59,793 bases of DNA from an uncultured Gammaproteobacteria bacterium (GTDB lineage Bacteria > Patescibacteriota > Patescibacteriia > UBA9934). The notes below the pieces were generated by a model. That model had not been told where the DNA came from. It saw nothing but the letters and a program-made list of their open reading frames with translations, and ran no database searches. The translations under genes were made by a program, and so were the position numbers. Shown one piece after another: positions 36,537 to 43,900 of this stretch; within the stretch, counting starts at the first letter, position 1, and every line of letters starts with the position of its first letter. The stretch covers positions 1 through 59,793 of the forward strand of contig CAYPWV010000006.1 of assembly GCA_964414795.1 (NCBI GenBank). Reading direction: 5' to 3'.

Positions 36537-37402
36537 AGAGTTTTATGCACCTTCTCAGCAATCCTCAGCTTAGCGCTCCGAGATCGCGGATTCTGTTGCT
36601 GTTCGTTGTGTGTTGCAACGATAGGTTTCTTGGTAAGAATTTTGATACGATCGCTGTGTAAAAAAGCTTGCTTCACGATGCGATCTTCGAGTGAATGAAA
36701 ACTGATAATCGCTAGCTTTCCTCCCGAATTCAGTACATCAATCGCTGCAGTAATTCCCTTCTCTACCGATCCCAGTTCATCATTTACCGCAATGCGTAAC
36801 GCTTGGAAAACGCGTGTTGCAGGATGAATTTTTCCCGTGCGAGGAACCACGGATGCAACAATGGTTGCAAGTTGCACGGTGCGCGTAATACGCATATCGC
36901 GACGTACATCAAAGATCGCTTTCGCAACCTGGGGCGCCCTACTCTCTTCGCCATACTGACGAAAGAGCGTTGTAAGATCATCACGCGACCAACCATTCAC
37001 AATTGCCTCGGCAGTAACGCCATCTTGCACGTCATAGCGCATATCAAGCGGACCATCGGCCTGAAAAGAAAACCCTCGTTCCGGATCATCCACATGTGCA
37101 GATGAGTAGCCAAGATCGAGCAGCACACCATCAACATGCGGTGCATATTCAGCAACATGCACATACGAATCGTGCACGAACTGAATGCGACTTCCGTAAG
37201 AAGCAAGGCGCTCGCGTGCAAGGGAAAGATTTCGCTCATCCTTATCAAACGCAATCACTTTTCCGCTTTCGCCAACCGCTTCTGCAAGCAGCTGCGTATG
37301 CCCGCCCAATCCACACGTTCCGTCCACAACCGTCATGCCCGGCGCAAGAGCAAAGCCTGCTAAAACTTCCGCAGCAAGAACGGGAATATGCGTTACGTTC
37401 AT
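36533..37402 (-). CDS. rsmH: 16S rRNA (cytosine1402-N4)-methyltransferase RsmH
   Basis: HIPVL, DGTCGLGGH, LLDLGYSS and SFHSLEDRIVK motifs. The start at 37402 overlaps the mraZ stop (ATGA). Confidence 0.95.
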   Translation of the reverse strand: MNVTHIPVLAAEVLAGFALAPGMTVVDGTCGLGGHTQLLAEAVGESGKVIAFDKDERNLSLARERLASYGSRIQFVHDSYVHVAEYAPHVDGVLLDLGYSSAHVDDPERGFSFQADGPLDMRYDVQDGVTAEAIVNGWSRDDLTTLFRQYGEESRAPQVAKAIFDVRRDMRITRTVQLATIVASVVPRTGKIHPATRVFQALRIAVNDELGSVEKGITAAIDVLNSGGKLAIISFHSLEDRIVKQAFLHSDRIKILTKKPIVATHNEQQQNPRSRSAKLRIAEKVHKTL

Positions 37403-37830
37403 ATACCCAAGTCGCCTAAAGATTCGGCGATAGCTTCGGCATTGTGCTCCGCTTCTTGCGTATATGCGGTCCACGTTGCCACATCCCACAGTTCCAAACG
37501 GTCGTTAACCCCCACAAGTACCGCGTCTTTTTGCAATTTCGCATGCAGTCGCAGGTACTCGGGAATCACAAATCGACCTTGCGCATCAAGCACCACGTCC
37601 ATCGCTCCCGCAAGCATAAAGCGAGAAAATGAACGCGATGCCGCAGACCCGAGCGGAAGATTGGCAATTTTTGCCGATAATCGTTGCCAGGCTTCTTGCG
37701 TTAACACAAACAATGACGTATCCAACCCCCGCGTCACAACCGCCCCCGTTGCGAGAGCAGAACGAAACTTCATTGGGACAGCGAATCGTCCCTTGTCGTC
37801 GATCGTAAGATGAAATTCGCCAATGAACAT
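37399..37830 (-). CDS. mraZ: transcriptional regulator MraZ
   Basis: MFIGEFHLTIDDKGRFAVP and a second DAQGRFVIP SpoVT/AbrB-like repeat. Confidence 0.9.
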   Translation of the reverse strand: MFIGEFHLTIDDKGRFAVPMKFRSALATGAVVTRGLDTSLFVLTQEAWQRLSAKIANLPLGSAASRSFSRFMLAGAMDVVLDAQGRFVIPEYLRLHAKLQKDAVLVGVNDRLELWDVATWTAYTQEAEHNAEAIAESLGDLGI

Positions 37831-37871
37831 GGTGATTGTGGTGGAGTTTTTGCAAAGGAAATGGCAATCCC

Positions 37872-37908
37872 CCACTTTTTGCCATTTGACACCACTTTAC
37901 ACCACTTT
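37872..37908 (-). promoter_or_regulatory. candidate MraZ operator: four direct repeats at 10-bp phase
   Basis: The minus strand reads AAGTGGTGTA AAGTGGTGTC AAATGGCAAA AAGTGGGGGA. The plus-strand CCACTTT/CCATTT units start at 37872, 37882, 37892 and 37902. Confidence 0.5.
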
Positions 37909-38023
37909 GCGCCTCTTCGGGAGGAAAAAGGAGAGAATCTGTGTATAAATAGTTGACAAGCTCGTGGATTGCGGTATTCTATAAATATATTGGTCTCGTG
38001 AGAGACTCCGAGATTTCCTCGAC

Positions 38024-38452
38024 TCACGTCGGGGATTTCGTTTTTATAAGATCTGTAAAGGAATTAATGAGATCGTAAAATTGTTTCTCGGAAAGAGTGG
38101 TCATTTTTCGAATCAATCGTTTTGTGCTTATCGTTCTCGCTTGTACGAAAACAACCTGCGTTTTTGTGCCATTATATTCAATATCGTAAAACCAACTCCC
38201 TGTTTTTGCTTTAGTTGTTGTTGGAAAAACAAAAACCATATCTTTACTAAATTTCTTTACAATTAATACGGGACGTTCGAAGTGCCAATTTTTTCCATTC
38301 ATTTCAAACCCAACATTTTCACCCAAGCTCGCCCACCACACTTCTCGTTCATAAAAATAGAAATCCGGACGATCCTGAAAATGAATAGAAATCTTTCTAT
38401 TCGTCCAGGCGATAAATCTTTGTACGGGATCGAGAATATCTCCAATATTCAT
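38024..38452 (-). CDS. MazF/PemK-like (CcdB/MazF-fold) protein, paralog 1
   Basis: EREVWWASLGENVGFEMNGKNWHFERPVLIVKKF. It is a clear paralog of 53743-54171. Confidence 0.55.
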   Translation of the reverse strand: MNIGDILDPVQRFIAWTNRKISIHFQDRPDFYFYEREVWWASLGENVGFEMNGKNWHFERPVLIVKKFSKDMVFVFPTTTKAKTGSWFYDIEYNGTKTQVVFVQARTISTKRLIRKMTTLSEKQFYDLINSFTDLIKTKSPT

Positions 38453-38645
38453 AGACTAAAAAAATTACTTTCACAGCCCCATAAAAACAAAAGCTCCCAC
38501 AATTCCAAAATAATGGAAAGGGGGAGATTTGCTGACGTCGAGGTTGGAAGTAATTCCACCCGAGTAATTCCAGATTACACTATCTTTTTGGCTATTGTCA
38601 AAAGTATCCACAACGTGGTACTCTGTGCTATTCTCTCCTTCATCT

Positions 38646-39101
38646 ATGACTCCTCCTCTCAAAATTTCCCTTATCGTTACTGCATGCATTGCGGGAATTT
38701 TGATGATTACGTATTTCGTTCATGCGCCTACAGCAGTAACGTTTTCTTTCACACTTGAAGATGCGAAAGACGACGAAGGTCTCCTGTCGACAATCATTCT
38801 GAAAGGCAACGGCAAAAACCTTCTCTTCCCCGATGTACCTGTCGGCACGGGTACCGGATGTTCAGTAACCGAAAAAACGAAATTCGACTTTGCAGATTCG
38901 CTTGCCGAGGTATACTGCTACTATGCCGGTGGAGGACAGCTTTTCCAAGCAAAAGAAACCGATGCAGGAGATCTTGAAGTATTCCGCTACACCGTTTCTG
39001 AAGTTCCTAAAAACGAAAACAAAACCTACAGTATCGATATCACTAATCCTCAATCAATCTACACGTTCGATCTCTCAAAAACGCAGCGTATCGCAAAGTA
39101 A
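38646..39101 (+). CDS. hypothetical exported or membrane-anchored protein
   Basis: MTPPLKISLIVTACIAGILMITYFVHA is a signal or anchor sequence, and a terminator follows. The longer ORF start at 38595 is possible. Confidence 0.55.
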   Translation: MTPPLKISLIVTACIAGILMITYFVHAPTAVTFSFTLEDAKDDEGLLSTIILKGNGKNLLFPDVPVGTGTGCSVTEKTKFDFADSLAEVYCYYAGGGQLFQAKETDAGDLEVFRYTVSEVPKNENKTYSIDITNPQSIYTFDLSKTQRIAK

Positions 39102-39135
39102 AAAAGAATGATCCCACCAAGGGGTCATTCTTTTT
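39102..39135 (+). terminator. intrinsic terminator
   Basis: AAAAAGAATGATCCC-ACCAA-GGGGTCATTCTTTTT. Confidence 0.8.
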
Positions 39136-39164
39136 AATGACAAAATACGTATTAATCTCATCTT

Positions 39165-40985
39165 ATGGAAACGAAAGAAATGCTCCTCGCTGAAGCTGAC
39201 GCCAACGTCCACAGCGCTCGGAAAGCGATCGAGCAAGAGGTACATACAACCACAAAAACCATCGAACGCTACCAACAACCGGGACAAAGCGATCCATTTG
39301 TAAAAGCAAAACTTCTTGCGCACTTTCATGAACGCCTTGATCAGCTCCATCATCTTTTTCCCAGTCCCTTTTTCTTTCGCGGTGACATTGTAAGCGACGA
39401 AGGCAAAGCGCAAACGATTCACTTTGCAAAATTTCCCCTTATCGAAAAAGGCATCTTTTCCTGGACTTCACCTGCAGCTCGACTGCGCTTTGCGGATATT
39501 GGCCCTGTTTCCTATGCTTTGCCAGATAATCCTGCATGGTCGGGAACGCTTTTGCGAAAAGATCAGTTGATGATTGCGGGAGGGGAAATTCGGTTTATGA
39601 CAAGCGAAACCGCAAGCGAAGGACGAACGCTCGTGTATCAAGAACAGCTCTCTCGCCGAAAAACCGACTTCATGCTTCCCGAAATTGTTGCACGCATGGA
39701 GCGCGCACAAGATGATGTGATTCGCGCACATTGGAAAGGATCATTTCTCATTTCTGGTCCTGCAGGATCAGGAAAAACCACCCTCGCTTTTCACCGCATT
39801 GCATTCCTCCTACAATCTCCCGAAACAGCACAGTATTTTTCTGATGAAAACATTATTGTCTTTGTGCAGGATGAAGGAACGCGAAAGTACTTCTCTCGCC
39901 TTCTTCCCGAACTCGGTATTCATAGCGTGACCGTAACTACCTTTGCGGCATGGGCTTTTGAGCAACTCGGCATACACCAAGAAACATTCGTACGTCGACA
40001 AAACGGAACGGATGCACGCATTGACGCGTACGAATATCACAAAATACAATCGCTGCAAGACGCAATACTTTCTCCATCAGCAAAAGATCCTTTCACATTC
40101 CTCGAAAACAGCTATAAAAATCACTTCACTCCCGATGATCTTATTTTATTTACCGAGCAACGATCAGCTCATACGCTTGATCGTTTCGATGTCAGTCTTC
40201 TCCTCAAACACTTTGTACAACAAAAAGGACCCCTCCAAAAAGAAGAAATCTATTTTCAACAGAAAAAAGGATTTGAAGTAGCACGCAAAAAGCGTCATGT
40301 TCCGCTCACCTATTCTTTTATCGTTGTTGATGAAGTACAAAACTATCTTCCCAAACAAATCTCTCTCTTGCGATCATGCATTGATCCCGAAACACAAGCT
40401 ATACTCTACGTAGGTGATCTTCGCCAGCAAGTACTTTTGGGTACGCTGAAAAAGTGGGAAGACGTCGGTGAGTTGTTCGAACAAGGAAGAAAAATAGAGC
40501 TCGATAAGGTGTATCGCAGCACCAAACAGATTCTCCACTACACACAATCACTTGGCTATGCTACACATATTCCCGATGAACTTCGCGAAGGAACGTCTGT
40601 CACTGAAGAAATCCATAAAGACGCCGTCTCAGAAATACAACGCATCAAGCAACTTGCACAAGTACAAGACAAAAAGATGCAAACGGGCGTTATTGGATTT
40701 TTAGAAACCTATCTCGAACTCTTCAAACAAGAGCTCGGATCTATCCCTAATCTTCACGTTCTTACCGTTAGCCAAGCACAAGGTGTTGAATTTGATCGCG
40801 TTTTTATCGTGGGAATTCATCATGATCTTTTCACGTCATCTGCAAAAGATAATAGGACAGATGCGGCATACCAAAAAGATCTCGCAGCTATCCGCAGAGA
40901 TCTTTTATATGTTGCGCTTACTCGTGCAATGGACGAACTCTTTGTCTTTGGAAAACAGACTCTCTCAAAACTATCTATTCGCTAA
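39165..40985 (+). CDS. HelD-like / UvrD-family superfamily 1 helicase
   Basis: An N-terminal module (IHFAKFPLIEKGIFSWTSPAARLRF) resembles HelD/helicase IV. It also has Walker A GPAGSGKTT, VVDEVQN and SQAQGVEFDRVFIVG. Confidence 0.7.
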   Translation: METKEMLLAEADANVHSARKAIEQEVHTTTKTIERYQQPGQSDPFVKAKLLAHFHERLDQLHHLFPSPFFFRGDIVSDEGKAQTIHFAKFPLIEKGIFSWTSPAARLRFADIGPVSYALPDNPAWSGTLLRKDQLMIAGGEIRFMTSETASEGRTLVYQEQLSRRKTDFMLPEIVARMERAQDDVIRAHWKGSFLISGPAGSGKTTLAFHRIAFLLQSPETAQYFSDENIIVFVQDEGTRKYFSRLLPELGIHSVTVTTFAAWAFEQLGIHQETFVRRQNGTDARIDAYEYHKIQSLQDAILSPSAKDPFTFLENSYKNHFTPDDLILFTEQRSAHTLDRFDVSLLLKHFVQQKGPLQKEEIYFQQKKGFEVARKKRHVPLTYSFIVVDEVQNYLPKQISLLRSCIDPETQAILYVGDLRQQVLLGTLKKWEDVGELFEQGRKIELDKVYRSTKQILHYTQSLGYATHIPDELREGTSVTEEIHKDAVSEIQRIKQLAQVQDKKMQTGVIGFLETYLELFKQELGSIPNLHVLTVSQAQGVEFDRVFIVGIHHDLFTSSAKDNRTDAAYQKDLAAIRRDLLYVALTRAMDELFVFGKQTLSKLSIR

Positions 40986-43900
40986 ATCTTCACGTGTGTA
41001 GAGATCGGTATTGCCCGTGTACGTTGTTGTGAGTGACGAACCAAAGCCAAATCGTATGAAGAACGCAGAAGATACGTCGATAACGGAAAGATCCCAATCG
41101 GTACCAAAGAGGGTTTGTGCGATTTCTTCGGTAGGAACCCAGCGAAGAGTAGCAATCGTTGAGTCATCATCAGAAGTTTCTACCGCGTACACCTCGGGCG
41201 TAGATTCGATTTTTACCAGCACCGTTTCTGGCTTGGGCGGCATAAGCAATCCCAAATGCGATGTGCTGAAATCTTCTACCGTAACAACCTCCACGGGCGA
41301 CCAATTATCTTCATACGTAAAGTATGCAGTTCCATTTACAAATGGTCTGCGTGCACATCCCTCATCGACATAGTACACCGTAGAAAGCCAATCAAGCTTG
41401 ATATACGAACCGGTTTCAAATGCACAGGTTCCCAACTCGTCTTCTATATCCGTATCCGTTTCATCATCGATATCTTCTTCGTCATCAGTCTCTTCGGCGG
41501 TATCATCTGCTTCGGCATTAATTCTTAGCAAAGAATCCTGTGAATCTTTTACAGAAGACCCATCTGCTATTGCATAACCAATAATGCGCACATCAAGAAC
41601 GGTATCTTCGTACCGTGCAGGAACTGTCCAATCATACGTTCCGGTCAATTCTTCCGTTTCAAACAGCGTTCTCCACGACGTCGTGCGATGCACACGTGCC
41701 TGGAGAGCCAAGTTCTCAATCGAGGTACTTGCATCCCAATAGAAAGAGACAACTTCCCCTACGTCATACGTCGCCGAAGATACCGGACTCAGCAAATACA
41801 CCAAAGGGGGAACGGGATCATCGTCACGACGACCTCCGTCATCATCAGTAACCGCAACGCTCACCGTTTGATCACTCAAGGCATCAAACGTATCATCAGA
41901 ACTTGCATCAACGATTGAGATCGTGATTATGGGTGTTTCCGACGTACTGTTGGCGTCAGAAACCGAGGAAACAGTAACCGTTTGCGGCGTAGACCAATTT
42001 CCCGACGTAAAGGTAAGTGTTGCGCTATCAACCGTAGCTGAAGTTGTATCAGATGAAGTAACAGAGAAAACAACGTTAGACGTAGGTTGAGAAGCGAGCA
42101 CTACCGTAAAGGTATCCGTATTACCTGTTGATCCTTCGTTTATTCTTGTGGTACCGCTGCTTTCTGCAACAACAAATGCCGCGGTATCATTATCGGTATT
42201 GGCAACAGAAACGTCCGATGGATTAATAGCGTCGTACACTGCATCGGCAGTATCAATCGCATCAATGGTGACAAGAATGGTGTACGCAATATTTCCATCA
42301 TCGACATCATCATCCTGTCCGGTCACCGTAACCGTTTGTGGCGTTGCCCAATTGACCGTGGTAAACGTAAGAATAGATCCGCCGGTCACCGACCCTTCAG
42401 TAGCATCACTCTCCGCGGAATCAACTTCTACATTTCCTGTGGGTTGAGTATTTAACACAACGGTAAACGTTGCGGTTGCGCCAGCCTCTGTCGTATTGCC
42501 AAAAATCGCAGAAACAGTAACTCCCGCAGTATCGTTGTCGGTATTCGTTACGGAGACATCGGAAGCATTCAGCGTGTTGTAATTGGAATCAACTGACGTC
42601 GCAGCAGCAGTGACAATCGAATACGCAATATCTCCATCGTCGACGTCATCATTTACACCGGTAACCGTGACGGTTTGTGCGCTGCTCCAGTTTCCCGAAG
42701 TAAAGGTAAGCGTTGAGACCGCTATCGTTCCTTCTGTTGTATCATTCGAACTTATTCCAAGAGAAACGTCAGCGGTAGGTTGCGCAGTAAGGACGATGGT
42801 AAATGTTGCGGTTACAAGTCCTTCCGTTGTATTTCCGGAAATCGTACCTACCGTAAAACCTGACGTATCATTGTCAGTATTTGTTACCGAGACATTAGAA
42901 GCATTGAGCGTATTGTAATCTCCGTCAGGTGAAGTAGCGGCTGCAGTAACAATAGAGTACGCAATATCGCCATCGTCGAGATCATCGTTAACGCCGGTAA
43001 CGGTTACCGTTTGTGGTGTAGACCAGTTGCCGTTCGTAAACACCACGGAAGAAACTGCAATCGTTCCTTCTGTGGTGTCACTTGAAGAAAGTCCGATCGT
43101 TACATCTGCACTGGGTTGCGTATCAAGTACGATGGTAAACGTTGCGGTTACAGCGGCTTCAGTGGTATTGCCAGAAATTGCAGAAACCGTGATACCCGGT
43201 GTTCCAATAGTCCAATTAGTATTATTCCCAGAAGAAACACAATCGGTAGAACAAGAAACCGCGGTAACATTTGCATTTAAATTGTCCTTTACATCCAAAT
43301 ACTGCACAGAACGCGAACCCTGCGGATCAATACTTGCTTGCGTATCCGTAATACTGCTACGCAAAGAAAGACGCTGACCTGACGCACCTTGGAGCGTTAG
43401 CGTTCCCACGAATGTTTGCGTTACTGATGCAGGGAATGTGAGTGTTGCTGCTGAGCTTACCGTTTTTGTAAAGTTATTGAACGTTGTTGCGCCGGAAATC
43501 GTCTGACTCGTTCCGTCAAGCGTAACCGTTCCGCTGTTATGCGTGAATGTTCCACTGGAATGCGTAAAACTTGCCGAAACGGTTAAGCTTGTTGGCGCAG
43601 TAAATACACCGGAAGAAAGCGTAAAAGTTCCATTCACATCAGCCGTACCCGAACTGCCGGTATAGGTTCCTCCGGAAACCGTAAGACCTGCATTGAAAGT
43701 TTGCGTTGCAGTGCTTGCGGTATAGGTTCCTCCCGAGACCGTTACAAGACCCGTTGATGTGGTCGTTTGCCCATTTGCGTCGTAAGCTCCAAGACTAATA
43801 GTAAACGTTCCCGCAATAACCTTTGCTCCAGCAGATTGATAAATATCCGCCGTATCTACGGAAGGAATGCTGAGATTGTAATAATCGGTACTGCCAAAAT

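Noticed and set aside
38471-38689. 72-aa minus-strand ORF just upstream of MazF-like paralog 1, considered as a possible antitoxin.
   Set aside because: The position is right for an antitoxin, with an 18-nt gap. However, it has no SD, it overlaps the signal-peptide-coding start of the plus-strand gene, and nothing equivalent exists upstream of paralog 2. It is left as unproven.
42148-43377. A series of 99-116-aa plus-strand ORFs inside the giant gene, plus similar ones at 44740-45927.
   Set aside because: They are antisense mirror frames of the tandem repeats and show the same periodicity as the sense-strand repeats. They have no independent start or stop signals.
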